The notes under the pieces: model-generated
The model's database searches: none
What the model was told of the DNA's origin: nothing
What the model saw: only the letters and a program-made list of their open reading frames with translations
Shown here: positions 40,424 through 53,594 of the stretch, in pieces
How the letters are laid out: every line of letters starts with the position of its first letter
How positions within the stretch are numbered: position 1 is the stretch's first letter
Assembly: GCA_973895155.1 (NCBI GenBank)
Contig: OZ316896.1
Location: forward strand, 2,232,001 to 2,296,000
Length of the DNA stretch: 64,000 nt
Reading direction: 5' to 3'
Origin: Marsupella aquatica
Lineage: Eukaryota; Plantae; Marchantiophyta
Program-made: the position numbers and the translations under genes

Positions 40424-42812
40424 ATGGGGGCCATACGACTGCAGCGCAAGGTGCTTCAAGCTGCCACTCTGGGGAGTGTGAAGCTCATGCGGACTCTTCT
40501 TCACACGTATGCGAGGCCCTTACGGAAGGAGCGAAAGAAGTCTCGGAAACGAGAGAGGGAAGACGACCATAAATTCGGTGCCCGAGAGTATAATAGGCAA
40601 AAGAAACGTGCTAGAAAGACAGAGCAGAGAGAAACTCGCAGGAGAGGAAACGATCGGAAACGGAAGGACTCAAAAGAAGGGTTTAATTGTGATACAGAAA
40701 GTGAGGATTCTGGAAATCCGCAATATGCAAGACATAGAGAACATAGCCAGTCCGGGATCGGAGGAAGTGGTCGAAAACGCAGGGATGTAGGAGAAGAGAA
40801 TAATCCGGATGGAGGGAGTGAGGACTTTGACGTAAGAGAGGGCTTACGGTCTGGACAGAAACGTGCCAGACGAGATGAACGGACTGAAACGACTAAAGAT
40901 GGTTCTGAAGAAGAGGACGATTTTTCTTCGCCGAGGTGAGCCTTAACATTCCCTGCTGTGATGAATGGTTATTGAAAGAGTAGCCCTCTGCTTTACTGCA
41001 TCTCGTTTTGGACTTCTGTGCGTAGTCACCGAGACATTGATTACGTAGGTTGAATTATATTGCTTCTTACCTTTGGGTTACCTGTTTTCTCCTGCTGAAC
41101 CTGTTTAGATGTTTTGCTGTATAATTCATTCAGTCTGTAAACAAGATATCGATTGTTACACTTCCGTGTCCTTTGGTTTCAATTCTTGCTCTCTCTATAA
41201 AACGGATTGCTTTCAATTCTCCGGTTGTTTTTTGCTCGGGAGTTATGTTTGGAATGTGATTTTCCTCTCTTGTCCTTGATGCCCGTTTCGTCCAGCAGTG
41301 CCAGAGGGAGCTCAGGAAAGGATTCATATGACGGGTCAAGGACTGACAGTGACATAGAGGAGGTCGGGTCTCGGCGGGGAGGACGAAAACATGCTCCTTC
41401 TGGAGAGACGGTAAGGAGCATCGTTAACTGCCGCGATGCAAGGGGTTTGAGTCCACTTCACCTCGCCTGCCAGGCAGGCTCAGAGGACTTAGTGAAGTAT
41501 CTGATCTCAAAAGGGGCCAGTGTGCATGTGCGAGATCGCAAAGGAAATACCCCGCTTCACACAATAGCAAAGCTGGGGCCAGCTTCTATCTTAACTATTC
41601 TGCTGGATGCTCATGCTGATATGGAGGCTTTTAACGACCAAGGTATCACACCTTCAGATCTCCTTGACGAGAAAGAAGCAGCCGCTCGACGTCGGGAAAT
41701 GTTGAAGGACCAGAGAAAGTGGTACGGTCACCTAGCTGAAGAATTGAGTGACAATGAGGACACTTGGTGGGGTATGGAGTGGGGTGAGGATGAGCGGCCG
41801 GATTGGGAAGACCCTATTCTAGAAAGGATGGCGGAGAGCAGGCAAGGAAGGGGCTTGTACAATGAACCTTTCAGTCTGAGAGACTTTCTTAAAGCAGAGA
41901 AGAATAAGACCCAAAGTGACCAAGGGAGAAAGTCAAATAGAAAAGGAAGGCATACCGCCAGACCTTCCGAGGATTTTAAAAGCAGAACCGAAGCAGTCAT
42001 AGGTCCTACCTTGAGAGTCCCATTTCCAGCTCCGCGAAGTTACAGTCAGCGGTGGAAGACATTCTCGGAGTCTTACAATTTGTGTCTCTCATACTCAAGT
42101 GTGCCCTTTCCTGTCGAAGAAGGCAAGGAAGACACCCTGAGAGAAGTGCTTTTGCAGGGAATCGATCCTTCTATGCAGAGAACTGCATTAAGGAAAGAAA
42201 TGCTAAGGTGGCATCCAGGTACGCTGAGCCAAGCGAGATACTTAAGTTCGAGTTCTTTACAATCTCTTCACGATTTCTATCTTTTGGAGCAGCTTCTTTA
42301 GTTGTCGTTCCGCTAGTCTTCTGTATTACTGCTTTTCGTTTTCCCTGATTGTTCATAGAGATCCTCTTAGGTAGGGTGAGCCAATTACAAATAATTGTCC
42401 TTGCGTTTCAAACCTCTGTCCATAGAAATGGTTTGTTGTTTGAGCTTGTTCATATGTTTTGACGAGCAACCCATTAGTGTTGGCCCGACCATTAGTTTTT
42501 GTTTGCTGTTCTGCGCTGCTGATTTGGAGCTGTGACAGCATCTATTACTGGAATTGTATGCAAACCATGTAGTAGTAGCAGGCGGTTTAGCATAGGAGGG
42601 AGACGATGTGGGGAATTGGGCATGCATGCTGAGTGGCCTGTCCTCGAAATCTGCGTCAAACTAACACTTTTGCATATGCTGTTTCAGATAAGTTTCTGCA
42701 GAAGTGGGGAGTAAAGCTTCAGGGCCCTGATCAGGACCGGATAGTGGCTCGTGTGAATGAAATATCTGAAGCGATACATCAGCTGTACAAAACAGTGACT
42801 GTAGGGAAATAA
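40424..42812 (+). CDS. NF-kappa-B inhibitor-like protein 1 (NFKBIL1)-like ankyrin-repeat protein (exons 40424-40935, 41296 or 41299-42218, 42688-42812)
   Basis: Ankyrin repeats ([18 protein letters not shown]), W/acidic linker, then YSSVPFP...LRWHP|DKFLQKWG...[12 protein letters not shown] completed across a phase-1 intron. This is the C-terminal WHPDKF signature of the NFKBIL1 family. Confidence 0.85.
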
Positions 42813-43280
42813 AGCTCAATTAGGGCATCTCCCAAATTCAACGTTTGTTCCGCATTCAATTTTAGAAAGCACACCGTCAACGACGTAATTGAACTCGATT
42901 ACTACTTAGGGCCCTATCATGACTTGAGATGTAGAGGACGGAGCAGTTCATGGCCATCCAAAGAGAAGGCTTTTGAGTGTAATACGAGGCCCTGTCCTTT
43001 CTATAGCACTATCGTAACTTCCTTAGAAAGATTTGAATGGAACGCTGCAGAAATATCAATTGAGATATGTACAGCTGCGTGAACAAGGTGTAGAGGAATC
43101 CCCCAGCAACATGGTGTGGTCCCCGCCAGTGGAGATGTAGTTTCTCTCATTGTAGACGTCACCCAGAGGCTGCCTTCGCCGGTCTGGGCTTCGGTAGTAG
43201 CAGAGGTAGACAAAGAGATGAAAATATGATATTGATTGCAAGAGGAAATGGAGGGTATCTCTTAAATCTGGCACATGACC

Positions 43281-43407
43281 TCTGTTGCATAAGAATGGCT
43301 TTCCATATTCGACTCCATCGTTCCGATCCAAGGAAAGGTTTCTGTTGCATGAGAATGGCTTTCCATATTTGAACCCATCAGTCCCGATCCAAGGAAAGGT
43401 TTCTGTT
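43281..43407. repeat. 60/61-bp tandem duplication in a degraded minus-strand ORF
   Basis: TCTGTTGCAT.AGAATGGCTTTCCATATT...CCGATCCAAGGAAAGGTT occurs twice. Confidence 0.85.
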
Positions 43408-45479
43408 TCTGTATATATCCCGTCAGCAAAATAAACGTGTGTGCTCCCTTCATTGCACTGCGCTCTTTGCATTGATGTTGCCAATAATCAGTTTACTTCA
43501 CCTTCAGCAGCAGGCAGTCGTTACGAAAGGAGAGGACAACATGAACTTTTGGCCAAGTTCACTTTTAATATGTAGCCTTCCCACAAATCCTGCCATTGCT
43601 TGCAGTATAGGATGAGAACTTGCCATCCTGGCCAAAACCATGACTCTCATTTGAATGAGCTTCAACCTGTTTTGTTTCTTGATGTACTTATGTGGGGACA
43701 CACCCGCATCTCCAAAACTAAAACTCAAGAAAATTAAAAACATCAGGAGTAAAAAGTTTGCGTAGTCCTTGCGAAATGAGAGATAATTCCTTTCTGCATT
43801 GTTTCTCCTCTTAGTGTTGGCCTTAACATTACGTCTGGGGCTACACAATTTCAAGAAAAAGTTATTTTTAATTATCCAAGTTTTAACTTACTGGATCCAA
43901 GTTTTGTCATGGCTAAGTAGTGGCCGTTTAACTACAGTAGCCTACTCCTTGTGACACATGTGATTGTAAATAATTAGGGCAGTAGTTTGTGGCTCGCCTC
44001 TATCCTAGACAGTCTCTCCCCATACAAAAAGAAGTACTTGTAATATTAGGGGACTGAGGGTGGTGTTGCAATATGCAGACTGCATTTTTTTGGGTGCATT
44101 TACAAACAGAATACTTGTAGTATTTGTAATATTAGGGGACTACATGGTTGGGCTCGACTAATCCACACGGAATGCACTTATCCATGCTGCACTTATACAC
44201 TGCACTAATCCACGGAATGCACTTATTCACACTGCACTTATACACTGCAGTTGTTCCCGCACTTCATTCCTCTTTTCTTCATTTTCTTCAGTCTCGTGTT
44301 AGGGCTGGACTGGAGCTGACTGAATTTCGTGGACAGAGATTGACACATTTCGTTGCTTTTTTCTTCAGCTCACACGCTTGTGCTCACTCTGGTTGAGTGG
44401 TTGCTCGTTCAATCCGGCCATCCCCACAGCTTTCTGTTTCTTTCCTACGGAGACGTTTCCGCATCGTTCTGTCATAGGAATCCGAAGAATCTCGTGCCCA
44501 CGAATGGACCTTCCTGTGTAGGATTTTCATGGAGAAATGGGCTCAGTAATTCGTACTGCTGCGGTAGTCGGTTGATCTTTCCGTTGAAAATTCGTTTCTG
44601 GTTCCATCTTTGCATTCTCTCGGTGAATCTGTTTGAAACCTGCCATCCATCCTATCCATTCACCGAACGGGGTCAGTCCATGAGTCAATCAACGATACGA
44701 ATCGGTTCGTGGGAGTGATCTTGGGGCCCCGAGATTGAAATTCATCGATCGATCAAATGATTTGTTAGTGCAGTTTTGGATTGGTTTTGATCTATTGACG
44801 GATGTTGAATCCACTCTATCTGGGGTTTTGGGTTTTGGCACATATATCTACTGCGGATCACTTGGTGGGTGACGATTTGAATTCGGGATTCAGGATCATT
44901 TTGTAGAGTTTGGTTCTAGGCGTGGTTTTATCAAGAGTATTTTTGGAGGGTTGTGAGCTAGGAGAATTTTGAGGGAAGTAAACACAGCTACGCTATTGAC
45001 TCGAATACTAGATGCAGCAGAGTCCATCATTCTAGGACATGGATTACAGGGATGTAAATTTCCCAGCCACTGAGTAAGAAACGCCTGTTGTAGGAATCAA
45101 TGATTTCTCCAATGCCTGCAGTACCGGCATTAGGAACGTAGGGGCAGGTTAGTCACCGAATTGAGTGAGCCAACGCTGCAGCCCATCAAATGATTTGATT
45201 TTGTGGAACTTCCTCTCTGATGATTAGAATGACAATGGCGAATAATGACAGCCATTCTGCGCATTGAGATGATCGGTCGAACGTAGGGTTTGGAAAGACT
45301 GGACAGTGGTGAGAGCTGCCTGCCCTGGCTGGCCCTGTAGTTTTGCTTCTCGTTCTCAGATAGTCAGTGCTGATAGTTACTGAAGTGCCTCTACTGTAGC
45401 GCAGTTGAAATTAAAGGGAGCCATTCCATGTCGGAGGTAGTGGCACAAGCAAGCTGGCGCAGAAGGAAGAAATTCTGGG

Positions 45480-46943
45480 ATGCCACTCCAGGCAGATGAT
45501 GAGGACTCTTCTGAAGAAGTAGGAGGAGGGTCCAACTCCATGGATTTGTATGACATGCTTCTGCTATGGGCGCATATGCAGGGTGGGCATTTGGACACAG
45601 ACATGGAGTCTATGTCTACCTTGGAGGCGCCCATAGCTGCAATCTTCGTCGTCCTCGTGGCAGCTTACTTCGGCTCATTCTGCTGTCCAGCAACCGGCGA
45701 TTGTAGCTGCGACGGCAGTATCGGCAGCAGCAGTACTGCGCAGACCACTAGCGATTCAGCAGCAGGAGCAAACCCTACAGTTAGGAAGCTCTGGAAAATT
45801 CCTCGGCGGTCCACATATTGGGACACAATGGTGGAAGGGCAGAGGATGTGGAATGCGGACGAGGGAGTGAGGGATTCACTTTGGCAAGCACAGTACCGAA
45901 TGTCATACCGGACATTCCAAGCTCTCACAGCTGAGCTCAGGCCTTTTATCGAGAGGTCCAGCAACACCGTCCGGGACCCGATAGAGTTGGACCGAGTGGT
46001 GGCAATGGTGCTGCACCGCCTTGCATCTGGCCTTCCTCCAAGCACCATCGCCACCTTATACAATGTTGGCCCCTCCACCGTGACCAAGTACACAAAGCAG
46101 ATCACAGAGATTCTGGCTTCCAGGGACAAGCTCTACTCCAAGTTCGTGAGCATTCCTTCCGGGGCGAGGCTGGCGAGCACAATTGCCAAGTTTCAAGACA
46201 TGACGGACATTCCAAATATATGTGGGGCCATCGATGGGACGCACATCAAGCTGTGGAGGAAGCCTCGGCTGCAAGATGTGCCGAAATTCTACTGGAACAA
46301 GTACTACAAGTTCTACAGTGTGCTTCTGCAAGGGGTGTGTGATGCTGACAGAGTGTTTTGGGACGTCTGTTGCAACGCTCCCGGAGGCCTCCACGACGAA
46401 GTGCACTGGAGGTCGAGCAGTCTGTGGTACCAGCTGAAGACCGAGAGCGTTCTGGAGCAGCCAATTGCTCTGGGGCATGGCCGGACGGTCCAGCCTGTTC
46501 TCGTGGGTGATGTGGACTATCCCCTTGCCCCTTTTTTGATAACCCCATTCCAGCAAGACTCCGGCGGCGTTCCCGCCGCCGCAGCAGCAGAGATGCAGGA
46601 CGATTTCGACGTTGCACTTAGAACGGCTCATTCTTGCGTGGAAAGCGCATTCGGAGTTCTGAAGAAAAGGTGGGGAATCCTGGCTAATTTGAACATTGGG
46701 CTGCAGTATGCTCCTCAGGTGGTGGTGGCCTGCTGTGTCCTCCACAATTTCTGTCAACTGGCTGGAGAAAAGGAGCCTGAAGACCACATTGACGTCCACC
46801 TCAACAATAACAGTAATAATTCTAGTGGACCCCTTCACCAATCTGTTCCTGAAAATTTGGCAGAAGGAATGGCTGGGAGAGCATGTAGAGAGGTCTTGTT
46901 CAGCGGGTGGGCGGAACGAAGAAGTGGATACAGGGGTTATTAG
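45480..46943 (+). CDS. HARBI1/ALP1-like Harbinger transposase-derived nuclease (DDE_Tnp_4), 487 aa
   Basis: YRMSYRTFQAL, LHRLASG HTH, GAIDGTHI, LLQGVCD, GGLHD, VGDVDYPL, VESAFGVLKKRW, ACCVLHNF. Uninterrupted ORF with acceptor-like TTCTCAG at ~45359 upstream. No TIRs seen. Confidence 0.9.
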   Translation: MPLQADDEDSSEEVGGGSNSMDLYDMLLLWAHMQGGHLDTDMESMSTLEAPIAAIFVVLVAAYFGSFCCPATGDCSCDGSIGSSSTAQTTSDSAAGANPTVRKLWKIPRRSTYWDTMVEGQRMWNADEGVRDSLWQAQYRMSYRTFQALTAELRPFIERSSNTVRDPIELDRVVAMVLHRLASGLPPSTIATLYNVGPSTVTKYTKQITEILASRDKLYSKFVSIPSGARLASTIAKFQDMTDIPNICGAIDGTHIKLWRKPRLQDVPKFYWNKYYKFYSVLLQGVCDADRVFWDVCCNAPGGLHDEVHWRSSSLWYQLKTESVLEQPIALGHGRTVQPVLVGDVDYPLAPFLITPFQQDSGGVPAAAAAEMQDDFDVALRTAHSCVESAFGVLKKRWGILANLNIGLQYAPQVVVACCVLHNFCQLAGEKEPEDHIDVHLNNNSNNSSGPLHQSVPENLAEGMAGRACREVLFSGWAERRSGYRGY

Positions 46944-49900
46944 GCTGGCAAAGACGGCATCACCCGGACTTCTATCTGACCAGCTGAGCATCTCCTTTTG
47001 TTCGCTCTCCCCTCAGCTCAGCTCACAGCCAACCAACCAACCGGCCACTCATCTGGTCTCCCGCTGTCTCCAGAAATGGGCATTCTCATCCCATCATCGC
47101 TTTTGCAAGCAAGCGAACAATAGCCCTTTACACAGACACAACACAACCCAGTACGGTTGCCTTCGCTGTGCCTGCCCAGGGAGTGACCTCTTGACAACGT
47201 ACGAGTGATTATGGATGAGCTGCACGGGGCAGAATGGAGGGTGGTCATGTTAGCCCGCTTGGAAACGAGATTAAGCTCATGAGATACCGACCAAAACGGA
47301 ACGTCAACTTTCCAGCTACAGGAATTGTTCGCTGTCATGCGCTTTCCATGGAGGACTGTTCAGTGAGGCTGAGGAGCACTTTTCTGACCGTCTCAAGTTT
47401 CTCCGTACTTCAGTTCCTGTATTGTTGAGACTCATGGTGGGCGGGGGGACCCTAGGCAATCCATGGCTGCTTGAATCCTGTTACTAGTAAATGCACTGGG
47501 TTTTGCACAACCTGCCCGGGATACGAGGAGATGAGCGTGGTGAAGCCGAAGAGAGTATCGTGCGTGAGAGCCAAGCAGGACTGATTTGCAGAACTCAATG
47601 CCCAGCTTCTTTCTGGAAGGTTTCCGAGGATGTCACCACTCTTTAGCAAAGAAATGGTACGAATGGAAAGGACAGTTCGTATCTGTAGCGTTCAATTACG
47701 GCTAGCATTGCATATGACCGGATTAAATTGTGTCCAGAAACATTAATTGCTTCTGGGGCTTTGCCTTCTTTAGTCTCTGGGAACCAAAGGTGGCTAACGG
47801 GTAAGTTTGGTTCCAGTAACAATTGTTCTTCACTGTCTTGCACTTCAGCAAAATTGTGGCCTTACGACCTTATTTGAAGTATACAGCCTAAATCTTAGCG
47901 CAATCATTCCAGGCATGATAAGTGAGATGGAGGGGTATTTCTTACTTGCTTGTTTCAACTGTTCGTACTAGTGGGTCCCTGTTCGTGATTGCTTATGATT
48001 TTACGTTCTAACGTTTGACAGCTGGTTATTCTGCAGGGACCTTTGAGGTAATAATGAATACATGATCACACAGATCATTCCATGGCGGTTGAAGGTGCTT
48101 TTTGGAATGAAACGAAAAATAACTGATGGAGGTCATTTCCGTAGTGTCCCATGTTCCTTGTAGGAACAGTCTGTGCAAGTTTGATGACGGCTACCCTTGA
48201 ATTTCGCCCGAGTCTCGTAAAATATGCGCAAGTCATGTGGCACATGCAAATCATACAGTGACAGGTATGCCCACCTTCGGCTGGATTTGGCCTGCTTCTA
48301 ATTCTGTTGAGCAGTGGGGCTACTGTTAAGGGCAGCTGAGCTCTGTAACATACCCGTTCCATTGGGGCCTATGAAAAGCTTTTCAAAAGTCATGGGCAAC
48401 ATGCTTGTCTTACTGCTCTCTCCATAATTGAGTTCAATAGGGTAGTCTGTTTTGCAACTATATATTCTCCGGAACGAAGCTCACGCCATGGTTGAGTGAG
48501 CTCGACTGCAAAGGATGACAAGTTTGAATCATGTGTTGAATAGTGAATCAATGTGCCGTGTAACGTCACCTTTAGCTTCTGTGTATATCTGAATAACCTC
48601 GCACATTCCGTGGAGGTAAATCTGCAGAGTGCCCCCGAAATTTAATTTTTTGTATATCTATGAACACGGCTTTGAGAAGCCTGTTCGGACATTTAATCAC
48701 GTTGTATCTTGAAATACCCACCTGTGCTGATAGAACTGGCTCTATTAAAGTTTGTGGGGGGTTGAATAAATGGTGGATATAGGAACTTGGTGGAATCAAG
48801 GTGATTTTTAGAATATGTCGCTGCTCTTTTCGCAGACCTGTAGTGCCATTTCTCTTGACCAACTTAAAACAGCCTTGGACAGCATGTACTTGGTGCTAAT
48901 AATTTGAGTCCAACACACTAGCTTCTGTGCACGAAGACAAAAACTGTTTGCAATCGAACCGAAGGAAAAGATGGTAATTTTTACAAGGAAAGCAGAACTT
49001 TGAACACAGCGCTTTTTGTAGCGTTCTTCCCAATTATTTCTTCTGATGCGCTTCTCGATTGTTGGCCTCAGGACATCAACAATTTATTGATGTGTGCACA
49101 ATCGAGTGCCCATTTGGTGCATATCATTTGTACAATTTATGATCATCAATGGCGACAGAAGCTAGCTCGCTACTACTCAGCCGTACTTGATAGAGGGAAG
49201 GTGTCCGTTAGCCTGGTGCAAATCACCTTCACTGGTGATTCCTACCTCCACATTGCCAGCTGCATTCAAGACGCCTTGGACAGTCAGGCTGCCCTCCTCC
49301 CTTTTAGCTATAGCATCCACCACCATCCGCAACCGTTGCCCTTCTCACTCTGGTCCTTCATCTCCATCGTCTTTATATGCGTATATGGAAGGAAGTGTAC
49401 CCAACGAAAGGACAACGGGAGGAGTCGCCATAGCATTCTGGTTGGGATATGCCCTCACCAGCCTCTGCGGAAGCATACCGGTGTTGTGTTGACTGGTTTA
49501 AGTAAATTTCGTCATGGAACGTGTATTCTAGTCGGACTCGAAGTTTGACAGGCAAACCCCTTCAAAACCAAAGCATCCAAAATTGCCTTAAGATTGCGCA
49601 CTTTGTGACGACTGGTATAGCTTGAGAAGAATACCTTTAAGTAAAATAGTCCGTTAGCCTATTCGAAGACGGCTGCGCTTACTTCTAAGAGAATGCTGTA
49701 AACAAAGAAGTCATTGAAGAAGCTGTGCTGCCCTGGATTGAAGGGAAAAATGCTCCCAACGAATCTGTAAACGACAGAAAGCAAAATGATGGTAGTTAAG
49801 AAGAAAGCGTTGACTCCGGACCTACAAGACTTTCTAGGAACAATCACCAAGCTCCAACGGGAATCGGTCCGAAGGGCAAAGCTATCCATCACAGTTTACA

Positions 49901-52060
49901 AAGTAAAACTTGCTACCCAGTAGTCTTATATTATTCCTAGCAAGGCTTTGATAAAATCCAAAGATCTACAATCACAACTTAGACATGAGGACTTCTAGGT
50001 GCTCGAGAGACCCAATCACGTGAATGCTGCTGGTACATTGAAAAGAGAACCCGAAGAACGCTGGTAGTAAATGATTCCCTCGTTGGCTGTGTATTCTATT
50101 CACCAGGGCTAGAGCTTGTTATTGAGAAAAACTTTGGTTTTGAGGTATTCAACCTGACCGCAGCAGTGCTAAAATTATAAAGTGAAACGAAAGATCGCTG
50201 GACATGTCAACGCAAAGACTATACCCATTGAAAGCAGCATGACCTTAAAAGGCCCGAGAGGGAATTCATTCCAAGTGCCCCGATCAGTGGGAAAATTGTA
50301 CATTGAAAAAGGTCGACAAACTCACAAACTTGCATGTCGTTCATGCGAAACTCGTCGTTGGTACAGAAGCAGCAGGAACGGTCAGTTGGGTTTCTCCAGG
50401 GCTGGCGGGGCGAGAGGATGTGGTCGCGCGTCCTAACAGTCTTTCCGATAAGCTCTATTGGAAACCCCATCACTATCTGCCGCTCACTCACATGACCATT
50501 GTGTTCCGCTGGCTGCTTTTTCTCCTCATCCTTCTCACCCTTGGAGAACGGCTCCTCTCTCTGCAAAACGAAGTTCTCTTTGTCTTCCATCATTCTCCTG
50601 CTCTCTACACGACCAGATCGACTGACACCAATGATGTCTGATCACTCGCAGTAACTGACCAGTCTGGAAGCTAGGCTCTCCCTGGTTCATCTGAAATTGA
50701 GCTGAGGGTTGAGCCCGATCGACCTGCGGATCATCTGAAATCTTGAGAAGTCCCTCAGTGACTCAGCATCTAGAGGTGTCATGAAAACAGCAGAAGAAAA
50801 GAGTACGCTACGTACTGGACTTAGCATTGTGACGTATCAACTTCATAATTCATTCGTTATGTACGTGGAGATTGCATAGAACTTGGACTCTGGTAGCAGT
50901 ATGCCGTTACCATCAAGGAAGTCTGAAGTCTGGAGTCTGGACTATCTGAATAGACTGTTCAGAGCTGTTTGTGGAGTTAGCGAAATTATGTACTAAAACT
51001 ATCCGGGGAATTGTCCTGTTCAGAAAAGCAATATCATGTTGTTAGCTTTATCAAGTACCGCGAGAAATGTCCGGAGAATTGTTCTGTTCACAGAAGCAAT
51101 ATCAGTCACGTTCCGTCTGATCCCTCAAGGGGGAATGAGTGGATTGCTGGCGTTCCATATGAGACTGGTTTTTGCGTCTCCGAGGCGTGAGTCGTGGCTT
51201 GAAATTTTACGAGACCACTTTCATGCATCTCGCGAATGACCGTGTGTTTTAAATGCCAGCTTTATTGACAAGTGAAATGGAATAGAAGTACTGTTCCGTT
51301 GCTTTTGATTGCTTAATAATGAAAAATGAGCAGGTGGCTATTGCAGTTTTCGATCTGGCTGTCTCGGAGGCGTGACCCGTGGCTTGAACATAGGATGACA
51401 AGGCCTGCGTCACGCGAGCCAGCAAGGAAACATCATCGTCGACGAGGTGTAATTCTACTGTACTCCATGAACAACACAACAGCTTCTTCTCGTCTTCTTC
51501 TTTCAGCATCATCTTCTTTCTGAAACCAAAATTATCACAACAGAAGGAGAAATACCATCCTTTCTTCTCTGAGCTCGGAAATCGAAGGAAGATTTACCCA
51601 TAGGCATAGGATCATCTTTGGAGAATGCTCGAAAGAAGATTCACCCATCACTGTTACACGATCATCTTCGGATCATGCTGTCTATACTATATATGGGCGC
51701 GATTATCTTGGAGCACGTAAGACTGCACACTGTAGGCACGATCATCGTTGGATGTACACTTCTGGGCACGATCACCTTTGGATCATCTTTCAGCTCAAGA
51801 GACGGGACAGCACCCAAGGATCTTCATATTCTAGGCCAAGACGATCTGGTAATTGGCCAGAGCTCACGTAGCGGGCATCTGGAAGCCTTGATGGAAGAGC
51901 ATAAATTCGTCTTGCAATGTTTTCCGTGGAGCCCATTGATAGGCGCAAGTGGGGTGCAAGAATGGTGTCTTTAGAAAAACAGGGAGGGCCGGTTTGAGCT
52001 GATGGGCGGGCAAGTTTACTTCTTGCCCACACCTCAATTCGTCACATTAATGTTTTAAAA

Positions 52061-52473
52061 GGGGCAAATTGACACATGTTCCTCTTTAATGCCCAGCCGG
52101 TCCCAAATTCTCCCAAACCCCTGCCCGGCCCGGTCCCAGACTCCCTCATCTAGCGAGCCGGTCCCCCAGTTTGGGGCGGGGCGGGGCCAGGGCTTAGGGT
52201 TTGCGTTCGGGGTCAGAGCCAGGTCAGGTCAGGTCAGGGTTGGGTCAGGTTGGGGCAGGGTTGGGACCAGGTCAGGGACGGGCTGGGTTGGGGAGGGATG
52301 GGGTTGGGGTGGGGTGAGGTCAGGACCGGGCGGTCAGGAAAAGTGTGATGGATGACGGGGTCCAGGCCCCTCATTTGCCCGTCAAGGCTGGGGTGTGAGA
52401 ACTTGTCAAAATCCTCAGCCAAAGCAAAACTGAAGGTGATTTGACATACTTGATGACCTGAGTGATTTGTCCC
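52061..52473. mobile_element. putative MITE with G-rich pentamer core
   Basis: Ends GGGGCAAATT / GATTTGTCCC. Internal GGTCA/GGGTT pentamer runs at 52172-52330. Confidence 0.45.
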
Positions 52474-52480
52474 TTAATTT

Positions 52481-53012
52481 GGGTTTTTTGCTAACCTACC
52501 CCCCAAACTGATCATTATTACAAACCTGCCTCCAAAACTGAAATATTTAGTACTGACCCCCAAATGTTGACCAGGCTGTGTTCTTATTGGCTGTCAAGTA
52601 ACCAACTTCACCTGCATCAACTTTCACACAGTCTGTAGCCTTGTTGGGGACTAAGGTGCAGCCACGTCCATTATCTATTGGGCCAAAAAAGCAACGCAAC
52701 CATTGGGGCCTGAAGTGCAGCGCAACCATCAGGGCCCCACTTGAACCCAACTCCTACCAGAGCCCAAGTCACAGCCCTGGTTTTCTTTGGGGAAACAGCA
52801 CCATAATGTTGGCATTTTTTTGAACTGTACCTAAGAGTTCAGGGCCAAACATTACAATCATGTGAAGGGCAGGCAATGGGACAGAGGGATTGTGGTGACT
52901 ATGGTTGCTCGACAGCCAATGGGAACTCAGTAGTTGAATTAAAAGTAACAGGAAAAAGTTTTGGGAACAGGTTTGTAATAACCATAAGTTTGGGAGATAG
53001 TTTAGTAAAAAG
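52481..53012. mobile_element. non-autonomous TIR element (~530 bp)
   Basis: ~45-bp imperfect TIRs TTTTGCTAACCTACCCCCCAAACTGATCATTATTACAAACCTG / CAGGTTTGTAATAACCATAAGTTTGGGAGATAGTTTAGTAAAAA. Second copy at ~39 kb. Confidence 0.75.
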
Positions 53013-53198
53013 CTGTTGTCGACCCTTTATATTTTCCAGGGTTTGGGGGCATTATGGGCTCTCTAGGAGTATTCACCTCTACTTTTACTAATGTTAGAAA
53101 AATAGTAACATCTCATAGCCTTTAGTGTAGTACGGTCCAGCCTGTTTCCCGGGCCTTATCGGCAAAAATACCTTCTCAAAACTCAAGCCATATCTATC

Positions 53199-53357
53199 AT
53201 TTTTGGGGGTATCATAGTTTTTCAGGGTGTTACCTTGTTCAGGACCCGACATTTTTTGGGGCATCATAGTTTCTAGGGTGTTACCTTGTTTGGGAGCCTA
53301 CCTTTTTTAGGGGTATCATAGTTTTTCCGGGTGTTACAGACCTTGTTCAGGGTATGA
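53199..53357. repeat. three ~52-bp tandem units
   Basis: TTTT.GGGG.ATCATAGTTT...GGGTGTTAC..CTTGTT three times. Confidence 0.8.
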
Positions 53358-53594
53358 CTCAGGTTCCTTTGTCATATTGCTGTCGTGACATATAGTATCG
53401 TAGCCATAGTGTATCAAAAACATACAAGTCGCCGGCAAGGCATATGTGCAAGCTGCTAGCAACCAACATGCATAGAAAAGTCCAATCACATTCACAAGTG
53501 CCAAGAAAAAGCAAATGAAGTGGTATGTACGTAGTGGAGGTGTAAACCTCTGTACCCCCCCCAGACCACAGCCAAAAGGAGGGCTGAAGAAAAT

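Noticed and set aside
53100-53594. 3' LTR and polypurine tract of the Gypsy element
   Set aside because: There is a G8 run on the minus strand (~53555-53562) and TGTAACACCC (53338-53329), but the latter lies within a tandem repeat. There is no 5' LTR in the window to compare, so boundaries are not called.
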